DNA of 62,906 nt, the filler included, from Chiloscyllium plagiosum (Eukaryota), in assembly GCF_004010195.1 (NCBI RefSeq). It is 5 parts of one record of this genome, joined end to end, with 100 filler letters (N's around TTAATTAATTAA, not from the genome) between each part and the next. Parts side by side here need not be neighbours in the genome. Positions count along the whole stretch, not along the records: positions 1 to 8,692 come from NC_057712.1; positions 8,793 to 19,361 come from NC_057712.1; 3 more parts are not named here. One strand, written 5' to 3'. Position numbers and translations under genes: made by a program. Of this stretch, positions 1 through 12,160 are shown one piece after another (position 1 is the stretch's first letter; each line of letters opens with the position of its first letter). Under the pieces are notes generated by a model. That model was not told the origin of the DNA, did no database searches, and saw nothing but the letters and a program-made list of their open reading frames with translations.

Positions 1-43
1 CTTCTCTCCATTGGCCTTCCCCCCACTCGCCTGCCCCCCACAG

Positions 44-295
44 GCCTTCCACCTATCGGCCCTCCCCCTGCTAATCCTCATGGCCCCTCATACCGCCCAT
101 GCCAATTTCATACGAATACATGCCATTCCCTGTGGCCTCAATTTCCCTCGATATCACTTCTTGCCCATTGCCTTCCACCTATCGGCCCTCCCCCTGCTAA
201 TCCTCATGGCCCCTCATACCGCCCATGCCAATTTCATACGAATACATGCCATTCCCTGTGGCCTCAATTTCCCTCGATATCACTTCTTGCCCATT
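44..295. repeat. Tandem duplication, 2 x 126 bp, identical copies
   Basis: GCCTTCCACCTATCGG...CTTGCCCATT starts at 44 and again at 170. This explains the repeated peptide in ORF 11..331. Confidence 0.95.
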
Positions 296-504
296 CCACA
301 CATATTCACTGAATATACATTAAGTATGTAACCTGTAGCCATATACAGCTAATAATGATGGTAACTGTGGAATTGCAAAGAAAATTACTTACTCAGAAAT
401 GTAATATGAAAAGGAACTGCTGTTCTGACAAGGCAAAAGAAGTATCAATAGACGGACCATCAGGGTATCAATAACAATTTTCAAATATTTCACTCCTCTT
501 CTCA

Positions 505-1120
505 CGTCCAAATGAAAGGTGGTTAAGAAGCCATATGGGATAATGGCCTTTAATAATTGAGGTATAGAGTACAAGAGCAAAGAGATTATGTTGGAACTGA
601 TTAAAACGTTAGTTAGGTTACAGCTGGAGTACTGCATGCTGTTTTGGTCACCACATGATAGAAAAGATGTGTTGCACTGGAGGAGGTATGGAAGAGAATG
701 GCCTTGGTACTACCTGGGTTAAGGCGTCTAAACTCTGAGGAAAGATTGGATAGACTGAGGTTGTTTTTCATGGAGCAGCAGTGGGCAAGTGGGGATCTGA
801 TAGAGGTGTCTAAAATTATGACGAGCATTAGTGGAGAGGTCAATAACCAGGGGCACAGATTTAAGCTCCGAGGTAAAGGGTGAGAGGAAAGTTCAGCAGA
901 AATAGTTTCACCCGGAAGAGTGGGGAATCCACTGCATGTAAGGCTGGTTTGTTAGAAACTCCTGTAACATTTAAGCGGTATTGAGATTTTCACTTGAGTT
1001 GCTCTAACCTCCAGGACTTTAGGCCAATAGCTGGAACATGGGATTCTTGCAGTCAGCTCTTTATTGACCAGCACAGGTAAGATGGGCCAAATGGCCTCCT
1101 TCTGTATCATAAAGTCTGTG
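505..1120 (+). mobile_element. Old CR1-type LINE 3' fragment
   Basis: Decayed ORF2 C-terminal motifs (QLEYC..FWSP; LPGLRRLNSEERLDRLRLF..GDLIEVSKIM) and the CR1 3' UTR GATGGGCCAAATGGCCTCCTTCTG. Confidence 0.85.
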
Positions 1121-2269
1121 AGTTTATAAATATTGAGTCATTGACTAAATCAACCCCAGAAATATCAGCATATTATAAAAAACTTAAAGACGTCTTTCAA
1201 GCAAAGTCCACCATTTACTTCACTTACCAATTTCCTGCTGAACTAATATTTTTATTGGGTGGGATCTTATCCAAGTGTGTGTATAAGGACAAGGTTTCTG
1301 GTTTTGAGCCCAGACCATTATTTCATCAGGGAATGTCAGTAAATTGGGTCCTTCCGGACAGCTCTGTGAGCCCACACTTGAAATATTAACCTGCCAGTTC
1401 AATGCAATGTGTGGAGACACCAACCCCACCTCAGAGGAGTGCAGAAGACCAGCAGATGGATGAATTGCCAGTATCAACATGCTTGGTCTGAGGAAAAGTG
1501 AACTTTCTTTCTTGAGATTGTGAAGAGCCTTGCTCTTCTGTATTACAGTTCCAGTTCTGGTTGAGGGCAGACAGCAGAACCTCTGCCCTTCCCCTCACCC
1601 CCTGCACAATTTAATGGGGCATCCATCCTCAATCTTTCACAGAGATTGAGCTACCTGATGGCTTGGGTGAGAAGCACTAAAGACCCAGAGGTTTCTGAGA
1701 AAGCTAATCCAACATTGTTCCCTTGTACCTAAAGGATAAACTGCTCTCTTAGATTTCTTTTGTTCAGGAATTGTTCTTTGAGCCATCCTTGGGTGGTCTT
1801 GGAGATACTTTCTTGGAAAACAGTCCATCTCCAAGATTTAGCACAGGATCTTTGTCCTCTCGTGCACGTGAATGGAGATTCTGCTCCATTACTTTTGTGT
1901 AGGTTGAGTTGTTCAACAAAGCATTTTCTATATTTGATCACCATATTGTAGGGGAGTCTCTACTGATAAATTGTCTTCTCATATTGATGAAACATGTGGC
2001 CCCCTCAATAAGGAGGAAGGAAGTGTAGAAATGTTGCCTCTGCTGTGGTTATGTGGTAGCATGTCAGGACAAAGGGGCTGGTAGCTGGGGCAGTGGAAGA
2101 TGGCAGATGTAAAGGCATTGTTAGTTAATAAAGGAGAGAGAGTTGGGATAAGAAATGGCATTTGCCGATGGCAACCTGCAATCAATAGAGTACCACATGA
2201 ATCAGTGCTGGTGCCACAGTAATTTACAATGTATATTCGTTCCTCAGGTGAGGAAAGTGCATCTGCTCT

Positions 2270-3195
2270 AGCCAAGTTTACAGATAACAAAAAAAAAGGT
2301 GAGAGTGATACAGTGAATCTGCAAAAGGATATAGACAGGCTCAACAAGTGGCTGTAAAACATACAGATGAAATATTATGGGAGAAAATGTGAGGGTTTGC
2401 ACCTATTGCAAGAAGAATAGAAGAGATCCTAGGGAGTGTTGCTGAACAAAGAGACCTTGGAGTGTGGGTTCATAGCTCCTTGAAAGTAGAGTCGCAGATA
2501 GATAGGATAGTGAAGGCAGCATTTAGTATGCTTTCCTAATTGGTCAGAGTATTGAGTACAGGAGTTGGGATATCATGTTGTGGCTGTACAGGACATTGGT
2601 TAGGCCACTGTTGGAATATTGCATGTAATTCTGGACTCCTTCCGATCGGAAAGAAGTTATGAAACTTGAAAGGGTTCAGAAGAGATTTACAAGGATGTTG
2701 CCAGGGTTGGAGGATCTGAGCTACAGGGAGAGATTGAATAGGCTGGGGCTTTTTTCTCTGGAGTGTCGGAGGCTGAGGGGTGACCTTATAGAGGTTTATA
2801 AAATCATGAGGGACATGGATAGGATAAATAGACAAAGTCTTTTCCCTGGGGTCGGGAGTCCAGAACTAGAAGGCATAGGTTTCGAGTGAGAGGGGAAAGA
2901 TATAAAAGAGACCTAAGAGGCAATCTTTTACGCAGAAGGTGGTACGTGTATGGAATGAGCTGCCAGAGGAAGTGGTGGAGGCTGGTACAATTGCAACATT
3001 TAAAAGGCATCTGGATGGGTATATGAATAAGAAGGGTTTGGAGGGATATGGGCCGGGTGCTGGCAGGTGGGACTAGATTGGGTTGGGATATCTGATCGGC
3101 TTGGACAAGTTGGACTGAAGGGTCTGTTTCCATGCTGTACATCTCTGACTCTATGACTATATTTAAATGGAGAAAAACTGTGGAAAGTATTGTGG
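2270..3195 (+). mobile_element. Old CR1 fragment interrupted by a younger CR1/HER1-type 3' insertion (about 2427-3160)
   Basis: ORF 2659..2889 reads [45 protein letters not shown], with a TGACTCTATGACTAT tail. The older CR1 (..AAGAATAGAAG) resumes after the tail (TATTTAAATGGAGAAAAACTG). Confidence 0.9.
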
Positions 3196-3251
3196 AAGGA
3201 TAGCAGTTCTTGGGAATTTAATCAAGTAAACACGATGAAATGTCTTCTAAA

Positions 3252-3595
3252 TTCATTCATGGGTTAAGGAGATCACTGGCTAGGCTAGCATTTATTACCC
3301 ATCCCTAAAAGCATAGAGGGCAGTTAAGAGTCAACCATATTGATGTGTGTCTGGAGTCACATGTAGGCCAGACCAGGTAAGATTTCCTTCCTTGAAGGAC
3401 ATTGCTGAACAAGATAGGCTTTTATGACAATTTCCAATGGTAAACTGATCACCATTAATCCAGCTTTATTAATCCCAGACGTTTAAATTGAATTCAAATT
3501 CCACCATTTATCATGGTGGGATTCAAACCCCTGACCCCAGGACGTTAGCTGGGACATGGGATTACTAGCCTAGTGATAATGCTACTAGGCCATTG
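3252..3595 (-). mobile_element. tRNA-headed SINE (second family, with a CCTACATGTGACTCCAGAC core)
   Basis: Reverse complement has a B-box-like GGGTTTGAATCCCACC, the core TCTGGCCTACATGTGACTCCAGAC and a GGATGGG..ATAAATGCT tail. Paralogues lie at 4535, 7805 and 37660. Confidence 0.75.
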
Positions 3596-3599
3596 CTGT

Positions 3600-4470
3600 T
3601 AGAAGTTGAGTGCATGAGCTGAAAGGAGGGAGGTGGAAGGTGGAAAATAGAGGAGAAACAGCCTTTGGTGTGATACAATGCAAAATGTGAGAACAGAGGC
3701 CCACAAAAGTGATGGATGCAGTCAGGAATGGTGCTGACCTCTGTGGAGGGAAACCTCAGTTACTCAGTATTTAAGAATCACTAGTATGTAAGGTGGAGCC
3801 ATAACAGTAAATGTAACAAAGCTTGAGAAACTGGAAAAATGGTATGAATTCCTAAAGATAGTGTGGGAGATAATGAGCTTCTAATAGATATCTGCTCACT
3901 CAGAAATAAGTTGACATTTTACATGTTAGCTCACAGCGCTTGCAGGATACAGAGAAACAGAAAGAGAAAAGTCGAGCAGGAAAATGAATATCTGATATGG
4001 ACTAGATATGGGTTGAGAATGGTTGGAAATTAGAACATAGTTACAGATATTTTCAAGATCAATTTAAACAGGAAGCAAAAATCTGCATTAGTCATCAGTG
4101 TAAAAGGAAGAAAGGAAACCTGAGTAGTATTGATACAAAGAATGTTCTGCATAGCCAAAAAAAGGATAAGTACAGCTTGGTGTCCCATAGCAACGCCTTT
4201 TATCTGGAGTAAGTGAATAGAGGTAAAAGCATTTCTCAAGGTAATGCCAAGCAGAGGTGAATAATGGATGCGGACTGTTTGAGCTGTTATTCAAGAAAAG
4301 GAAACAGAGCTTCCACCACAGTCGGTCATTTTCTAAGAGGTGCAGAATGAAACAGTAAAGGAACTAGGAAAAGAAAATTAAGGTTGAGAAAGAAATAGAT
4401 GTACTCATAGTGAGTCTCAATGGAACCATGCAGTAAAGGATAGGTACTAGACAAAGTGGCTGGGAGAGTA
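3600..4470 (-). mobile_element. Decayed Penelope-like element, reverse transcriptase region
   Basis: Minus-strand peptides HLLQIKGVAMG and PSCTYPFFGYAEHSLYQYYSG..YTDD match Penelope RT motifs, with frameshifts. Confidence 0.75.
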
Positions 4471-4534
4471 ACAGTTGTCCACGTTTTAAGAACATTAAAT
4501 CAGAGGGATAGCAGGAAGCTATGAAAGTGGTGGA

Positions 4535-4892
4535 GTAGTGGCAGAATGGGAATGTCACGAGATTAGTAATCCATAACCTTTGATGAATGCTGTTAGGGGC
4601 ATTGGTATAAATCCCACTGTGACACATGATTAGGAACCATGGAATCAAAGACTAATAGAGACCATCAACACAACAAAAAATGACTATAAAATCTCGAATA
4701 AAAGGCTAGCATCATGACAAACTCATAACCATTGTCAATGGAATTAAAAAACCCAACTGGATTACTGCTGTCCTTACCTAGTCTGGCCTACATGTGACTT
4801 CAGACCCACAACTATGTGGTTGACTCTTAATTTCTCCTCTGGGCAATGAATGCAGGCTGAGCCAGTGATGACCATATCCCATGAACAAATAA
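4535..4892 (+). mobile_element. tRNA-headed SINE (same family as 3252-3595)
   Basis: GTCTGGCCTACATGTGACTTCAGACCCACAACTATGTGGTTGACTCTTAA core and the family 3' tail. Confidence 0.75.
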
Positions 4893-4965
4893 ATGCAAAA
4901 CTGGCGAAATATCTTGTGGATATGGAGTGGTAATGTCACTGAGTTTGTAATCAGCCGCCCAAACT

Positions 4966-7795
4966 AATAGAACATAATCCATTACAACGCAGTACAGGCC
5001 CTTTGGCCCTTGATGTTGCACCAATCTGTAGAACCAATCTGAAGCCCATCCAACCTGCATTATTACATTATCAGCCATATGTTTATCTAATAACCTTTTA
5101 AATGCACTTAAAATTGGCGAGCCCACTACTGTTGCACGCAGGGCCTTCCACGCCCTTACTACTGTCTGACTAAAGAAACTACCTCTGACATCTGTCCTAT
5201 ATCTAGCACCCCTCAGTTTAAAGCTATGTCCCCTCATGCTAGCCATCACCATCCAATGAAAACGTCTCTCACTGCCCACCCTATCTAATCTTCTGATCAT
5301 CTTGTATATCTCTATTAACCTTGTATATCATCTCTTAACCTTCTTCTCTTGAAATAAAACAGCCTCAAGTCCGTCAGCTTTCCTCATAAGACCTTCCCTC
5401 CATACAAGGCAACATCCTAGTAAATCTCCTCTGCACCCTTTCCAAAGCTTCCACATCCTTCCTGTAATCTGGTGACCAGAACTGTATGCAGTACTCCAAG
5501 TGCAGCTGCACCAGAGTTTTGTACAGCTGCAACATGACCTCATAATTCCAAAACTCAATCCCTCTACCAATAAAGGCCAATACACTGTATGCCTTCTTAA
5601 CAACCCTATCAACCTGGGTGGCAACCTTCAGGAATCTACGCACAAGGATGCCAAGATCTCTCTGCTCATCCACACTACCAAAAATCTTACCATTAACTCG
5701 GTACTCTGTATTCCTGTTGTTCCTTCCAAAGTGAATGACATCACACATTTCCGCATTAAACTCCATTTGTCACGTCTCTGCCCAGCTCTGCAGTTTATTT
5801 ATGTCTCTCTGTAACCTGCATCATCCTTCGTCACTATCCACAACTCCATGACCTTAGTGTCATCCACAAATTTACTAACCCATCCTTCTACACTCTCATC
5901 CAGGTCATTTATAAAAATGACAAACAGCAGTGGACCCAAAACTGATCCTTGTGGTACACCACTAGTAACTGAACTCCAGGATGAACATTTCCCATCAACC
6001 ACCACCCTCTGCCTTCTTTCAATTTCTGATCCAAACTGCTAAATCACCCTCAATTCCATAGTTTCATATATTCTGCAATAGCCTACCATGGAGAACCTTA
6101 TCAAATGCCTTAGTGAAATCCATATACACCACATCAACTGCTTTACCTTCATCCACCTGTTTGATCACCTTCTCAAAGAACTCAATAAGGTTTGTGAGGC
6201 ACGATCTACCCTTCACAAAACTGTGCTGACTATCGCAATCATTTCTTTCTAGATGATTATAAATCTTATCTCTTTTCATCCTTTCCAACACTTTATCCAC
6301 AACCGAGGTAAGGCTCACTGGTCTATAATTATGAGGGTTGTCTCTACTCCCCTTCTTGAACAAGGGGACAACATTTGCTTATCCCTCAATCTTCTGTAAA
6401 CAATGATGACATAAAGATCAAAGCCAAAGGTTCAGCAATCTCCTCCCTGGCTTCCCAGAGAATCCGAGGATAAATCCCATCCGGACCAGTGAACTTATCT
6501 ATCTTTACACTTTCCGGAATTGCTAACACCCCCTCCTTGTGAACCTCATTCCATCTGGTCTAATAGCCTGTATCTCAGTATTCCCCTCAACAACATTGTC
6601 TTTTTTCTGTGTGAATATTGACGAAAAATATTCATTTAGTATTTCTCCTATCTCCTCTCACTCCAAGCACAACTTCCCACTACAGTGCTTGATTAACCCT
6701 AATCTTACTCTAGTCATTCTTTTATTCCTGATATACCTTTAGAAAGCCTTAGGGTTTTCCTTGATCCTTCCGCCAATGACTTCTCATGTACCCTCCTGGC
6801 TCTTCTTAGCTCTCTCTTTACGTCAGTCCTGGCAAAATCAAGCGCCCTCACTGAGCCTTCACATCTCAGCTTTACATAAGCCTCCTTCTTCCTCTTGACA
6901 AGAGATTCAACTTCTTTAGTAAGCTCTGGCTCCCCCACTTGACCATGTCCTCCCTGTCTGACATGTACATACTTATCCAGGACACGCAGTAGTTGTTCCT
7001 TGAACAAGCTCCACATTTCAATTGTGCCCATCCCCTGCAGTTTCCTTCCCCATCCTATGGGTGTATGCCTATTCCTTTCCAGCGCTGGAGTAAACGTAAC
7101 TGAATTGTGGTCACTATCAACAAACTGCTCACCTACCTCCAAATCTAACACCTGGCCAGGTTCATTACCCAGTACCAAATCTAATGTGGCCTCGCCCCTT
7201 ATTGGCCTGTCTACATACTGTGTCAGGAATCCCTCCTGCACACATTGGACAAAACCTGACTAATCTAAGGTACTCGAACTACAGCGCTTCCAGTCAATAT
7301 TTATAAAGTTAAAGCCCGGATAACAGCTACCCTATTACTTTCGCTCCTTTCCAGAATCATCTTTGTAATCCTTTCCTCTACATCTCTGGAACTTTTCAGA
7401 GGCCTATAGAAAACTCCCAACAGGGTGACCTCTCCTTTCCTCTTTCTAACCTCAGCCCATACTACCTTGTAGATTAGTCCTCGTCAAATGTCCTTTCTGC
7501 CACTGTAATACTGTTCTTGACTAACAATGCAACACCTCCCCCTCTTTTACCATCTTCCTTTTTCTTACTGAAACATCTAAATCCCAGAACCTGCAACAAC
7601 CATTCATGTCCCTGCCCTATCCATGTCTCTGAAATGGCCACAACATCAAAGTCCCAGCCCATGCTACAAGTTCACCCACCTTATTCCGGATGCTCCTGGT
7701 GTTGAAGTAGACACGCTTCTAACCACCATCCTGCCTTGCCAGTGAACTCTTGTGACATTGAAACCTCATTTGTGATCTCACTACCCTCAACCTCC
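4966..7795 (-). mobile_element. CR1-type LINE, most of ORF2 (APE endonuclease + RT), disrupted
   Basis: Fragments [90 protein letters not shown] and LEYCIQFWSP across several frames. The 3' tail lies at about 4966. Confidence 0.95.
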
Positions 7796-7804
7796 TGTTG
7801 TTAA

Positions 7805-8010
7805 TGGAGTTAATGCTCTGAGGTCATGGCTTCAAGTGCCACCACACTACGTGGAGGAATTCCAGTTCAGTGAATAAATCTGAAATGTAAATCTAGATGA
7901 GTGACCATGATAACTATCATTAATCGTTGTGAAAACTTATCAGAGTCATAAAAATGTCTTCGGAAAATAAATTTGCCATCATTAATTGATCTGGTCTGCA
8001 GCGAGTCCAG
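7805..8010 (+). mobile_element. Partial, degenerate SINE (same family as 3252)
   Basis: TAATGCTCTGAGGTCATGGCTTCAAGTGCC head, plus GACCATGATAACTATCATTAATCGTTGTGAAAAC. Confidence 0.55.
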
Positions 8011-8239
8011 GGTAACATCAAGAAAGACCATAGAAGATACAGGATTAAGAGTTTGAATAAATGATTGACTGGTTTGAGTTCTGTTGATGATTTGTATATG
8101 TTTGTATTGATTTTTAGAATATAGCAGTGACCTCTGATCTTGAACAATGCTGTTTTCCCAAAGTTAGCAGAAAGAAAATTTAGTTAAGTGAAACTTTTAC
8201 CCTCCCTTCCTTTGGATAATGAGGGTCACCTGCAACAAT

Positions 8240-8449
8240 TGTAACAAAGTCATTCAGCTGGACCTCATAGAATCTGAGTTCCCTGATTGGAGCTGTTAAC
8301 CTGGACCAATCAGGGAGTCCTGGCTGACAAAGAAGGATCTGTGTCAGGGATGTTGAGCCCCTAAATGCCTGACTCAGCGAGAGGCAGTACTGTTGTCAGA
8401 GGCCAAGGGTGACTGGTGATAGGATGCCAGCCTCTGAAGAGTTATTTCA
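8240..8449 (+). mobile_element. Possible solo LTR remnant
   Basis: TG...CA termini (TGTAAC...TATTTCA) and inverted CCAAT boxes CCCTGATTGG-N15-CCAATCAGGG. No clear TSD. Confidence 0.35.
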
Positions 8450-8692
8450 TTATACATTATGATCACCTCCTTGTATTTTTTGTCAACATCTCTCTATATC
8501 ACTTTCTCAACTCTTTTTGCCTGATCAGTTTAGAATAGAACATAGAACATTACAGCGCAGTACAGGCCCTTCGGCCCTCGATGTTGCACCGCCTTGTCAT
8601 ATGAATCTAAAGCCCATCCCACCTACACTATTCCATGTACGCCCATATGCCTGTCCAATGATGACTTAAATGCACTTAAACTTGGCGAATCT

Positions 8693-8792
8693 NNNNNNNN
8701 NNNNNNNNNNNNNNNNNNNNNNNNNNNNNNNNNNNNTTAATTAATTAANNNNNNNNNNNNNNNNNNNNNNNNNNNNNNNNNNNNNNNNNNNN
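8693..8792. other. Scaffold gap: 44 N + TTAATTAATTAA + 44 N
   Basis: Artificial six-frame-stop linker, identical at four gaps. Confidence 0.97.
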
Positions 8793-9862
8793 GTCTGTAA
8801 TTACCAGGGTTGTCTCTACTACCCTTTTTGAACAAGGGAATCACATTTGCTATCCTCCAGTCCTCAGGCACTATTCCTGTAGACAATGATGATTTGAAGA
8901 TCAATGCTAAAGGCTCGGCAATCTCCTCCCTTGCTTCCCAGAGGATCCTAGGATAGATCCCATCCGGCCCAGGGGACTTGTCTATTTTTACACTCTGCCG
9001 TATTTCTAATACCTCTTCCTTGTGAACCTCAATCTCTTCTAGTCTAGATGCAAGTATCTCTGTATCTTCCTTGCTAACATTTTCATCTTCTATAGTGAAC
9101 ACTGTCGAAAAATATTTATTTAGTGCTTCCCCTATCTCCTCTGACTCCACACACAACTTCCCACTATTATCCTTGATTGGCCCTAATTTAATTCTCATCA
9201 TTCTTTTATTCCTGACATATCTATGGAAAGCCTTAGGGTTAACCCTGATCCTATCCGGCAACAACTTCTCATGTCTCCTCCTGGTTCTTCTGAGCTCTCT
9301 TTTTAGGTCTTTCCTGACTTCCTTGTAACTCTCAAGTGCCCTGAGTTTTCACATTTTGTCCTAACATAAGCCTTCTTCTTCTTGACCAGGGATTCCACTT
9401 CCTTAGTAAACGGCTCACGCGTTCTATATCTTCCTCCCTGCCTGACAGGTACATACTTATCTTGGACACACAGAAGCTTTTCCTTGAATAAGCTCCACAT
9501 TTTTAATGTGCTCGTCCCCTGCAGTTTCCTTCCCCATTCTACTCTTCCTAAATCTTTCCTAATTGCATCGTAATTTCCCTTCCCCCGCTGTAACTCTTGC
9601 TCGGTGGAGTACACTTATCCCTTTCCATCACTAAAGTAAACCTGACAGAATTGTGATCTCTGTCTCCAAAGAGCTCACCTACTTACAAATCTAACACCTG
9701 GCCAGGCTCGTTACGTAGTACAAAATCTACAGTGGCTTCGCCCCTTGTAGGCCTGTCTACATACTGTGTCAGGAAGGCCTCCTGCACAGACTGGACAAAA
9801 GCTGACCCATCTATAGTACTCGTACTGTAGTGATCCCAGTCAATATTTGACAAGTTGAAGAC

Positions 9863-10126
9863 CCCCATGAGAACTACCTTGTCTCTCTCACTCCTATCGA
9901 GAATCATCTATGCTATTCTTTCCTCTACATCTCTGGGACTATTCGGAGGCCTATAGAAAACTCCCAGCATGGTGACTTCTCCTTTCCTGTTTCTCCCCAT
10001 GACAACTACCCTGCCTCTCTCACTCCTATCGAGAATCATCTATGCTATTCTTTCCTCTGCATCTCTGGGACTATTCGGAGGCCTATAGAAAACTCCCAGC
10101 ATGGTGACTTCTCCTTTCCTGTTTCT
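9863..10126. repeat. Tandem duplication, 2 x 132 bp, inside a CR1
   Basis: CCCCATGA.AACTACC...CCTGTTTCT occurs at 9863 and 9995, with about 4 mismatches. Confidence 0.9.
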
Positions 10127-10639
10127 AACCTTAGCCATACTATCTCAGTTAACGAGTCCCCAAACATCCTTTCTACAACTGTAATATTGTCCCTGATCAA
10201 CAATGCCACACCTCCCCCTATTTTACCATCTTCTCTGTTCTTACTGAAACATCTGAATCCCAGAACCTGCGACAGCCATTCCTGTCCCTGCTCTATCCAT
10301 GTCTCCGTAATGGCCACAACTCGAAGTCCCAGGTACCAACCCACGCTGCCAGTTCACCCACTTTATTTCGGATGCTCCTCGCGTTGAAGTACACACACTT
10401 CAAACCAGGTTCTCGCTTGCCAGTGTCAGATACTTGATTTGGGAACTCCCTACTCTCATCCTCTTCTGCACCTGTCCTACAATTTTGGTTCCCATCCCCC
10501 TGCTGTATTAGTTTAAATATGCTTTAATCATTTATAATCTTGCAGTCGAATAGCAGGGATACTTGTGACTGTAAACCACGTTAAGACAAGGCCAAACAAA
10601 GTAATTTTCCTTGTATTTTATAAAATCTTAAATTCACCA

Positions 10640-11260
10640 GGTTCCTCAGACAGCACTTTCCAAACCCACAGCCACGTCCATCTAGAAGGACAAGGGTGGA
10701 GTTACATGGGAACACCACCATCTGCAAGTTCCCTTTCTTTTTATAAGATTAGATTATCTACAGTGAGGAAACAGGCCCTTCAGCCCAACCAGTCCCCACT
10801 GAAGAGTAACCCCCCCCCAGACCCATTTTCCTCTGACTGATGCACCTAACACTATGGGCAATTTAGCATGGCCGATTCACCTAACCTGCACATCTTTGAA
10901 CTGTGGGAGGAAACTGGAACACCCGGAGGAAACCCACGCAGACACGAGGAGAACGTGCAAACTCCACACAGACAGTCGCCAAAGGCTGGAATTGAACTGG
11001 GACCTTGGCACTGTGAGGCAGCAGTGCTAACTACTGTGCCATCGTGTCACTCACATCAAGCCACTCACCATCCTGATTTGGAAAATACTGCTATTTTGTT
11101 ATTGTTACTGAGTCAAAAGTCTCTCTTCTCTATGATATTGTGGCTTTACATAAAGCAAATGCAGCAGTTTGAGAAAGCAGCTTACTACCACCTCACTGGT
11201 ACCTAGGAATGGGTAACAAATGCTGGCTAGCAACACTCATAATTCCATGAATGAAGAAAC
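10640..11260 (+). mobile_element. Old LINE 3' end (CR1/L2-clade-like) split by a SINE
   Basis: GNTTICKFP|..KPLTILIWK..QQFEKAAYYHL continues across the insertion. The tail GGAATGGGTAACAAATGCTGGC resembles the tail of the second SINE family. Confidence 0.65.
10747..11042 (-). mobile_element. HE1-type (V-SINE) element
   Basis: Reverse complement has a tRNA-like head GGCACAGTAGTTAGCACTGCTGCCTCACAG, the conserved TGTGTGGAGTTTGCAC..GGGTTTCCTCCGGGTG and a CR1-like tail. Confidence 0.9.
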
Positions 11261-12029
11261 ACAATAAAGCTAAGCCTGCTGCCAAGCCAAAGATGTGGAT
11301 TGTGATGTGTTTTATTGTGCGTCACCAAAAGAGGAGTAGAAAGTCTCCTTGAAGAGGTGTGTCAGTTGATGCTGTCCAGTCAGATGTGGGAATGAAATGT
11401 AGTGAGGGACTCTGTATTAGACCTTTACAGTGCTATATGAGCCGAGCGCTAACACCCCTGGATTCTGACAGGTTATCTTCGTTGGAATTAATCTCTTAGA
11501 CATTGTTGTGAACAAACCAAGAAAAAACAAATCACCTTGGAACTTAAAACAAAAATAGTTTTGTTAATTTCCTTTCAATACTTCCATTTATTTGTCATGG
11601 AAATATAGGCAATAGTGGAATAAACGCTGTTTGCTAGGCAAGGGTATTTGGAGGTAGGAGGACATGGCTAAATGCATTGTTACCTTTTCTGGCTCTACTC
11701 TCGGTGAGGTTTACTTATCATGTAGTACTTTGATCTGGATCTGGGCACATCTGGAGCCAGAAGGCAGCAGGAGAAAGGAAGTTTCTAATGCATGGGCAGT
11801 ATGGGTTCTGGCACAACATCAAGTTCAGGTCCTTCAATAATTTACTGTTTGTCATGCAACCGTGTTGAGAATGAGGTACTGCTGCTCTGTTAGGTATGGT
11901 TTCACATCTTAACTACGGAAGATGAGTATTTGTGTTTGTACCTGTGCCTCTGGTATGTTGTGTGCAATTGGTAACTTTTTCTTAGAATATACAATGCTAA
12001 CTGAAAATGCTAGAAACTCATTTCTCCAG

Positions 12030-12160
12030 AATAGTCATATCAGAATCAAAGTGCTAACTCTGTTTCTCACGCCACATAAGCTGCCAGACCTGCTGAATTT
12101 CTGCAGTATTTCCTGTTTTCAGATTTCAGATTTCCAACATCTGCAGTGTTTTGCTTCTCC
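12030..12160 (+). mobile_element. Penelope-like terminal fragment
   Basis: GCTGCCAGACCTGCTG..TTTCAGATTTCCAACATCTGCAG, shared with other termini in the window. Confidence 0.6.

Larger units (their letters stand above)
8531..10515 (-). mobile_element. CR1-type LINE ORF2 (endonuclease to start of RT) plus 3' tail, split by a gap
   Basis: ORF 8737..9264 NPKAF..DKSPGPDGIYPRILWEAREEIAEPL..PEDWRIANVIPLFKKGSRDNPGNYR, and VVAITETW at 10.3 kb. A (TAGAACA)n tail lies at 8531. Confidence 0.92.

Noticed and set aside
11..331. 106-aa ORF with an internal repeat
   Set aside because: Explained by the 126-bp duplication; it has a non-ATG start and no recognisable domain.
8737..8748. TTAATTAATTAA palindrome recurring four times (8737, 19406, 36817, 54441)
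   Set aside because: It is always centred in 44 N + 44 N, so it is an artificial scaffolding linker and not biological. Continuity across these gaps is uncertain.
4966..10515. Possible active or domesticated reverse transcriptase
   Set aside because: ORF2 motifs are scattered over several frames with stops and deletions, as in ordinary dead CR1 copies.
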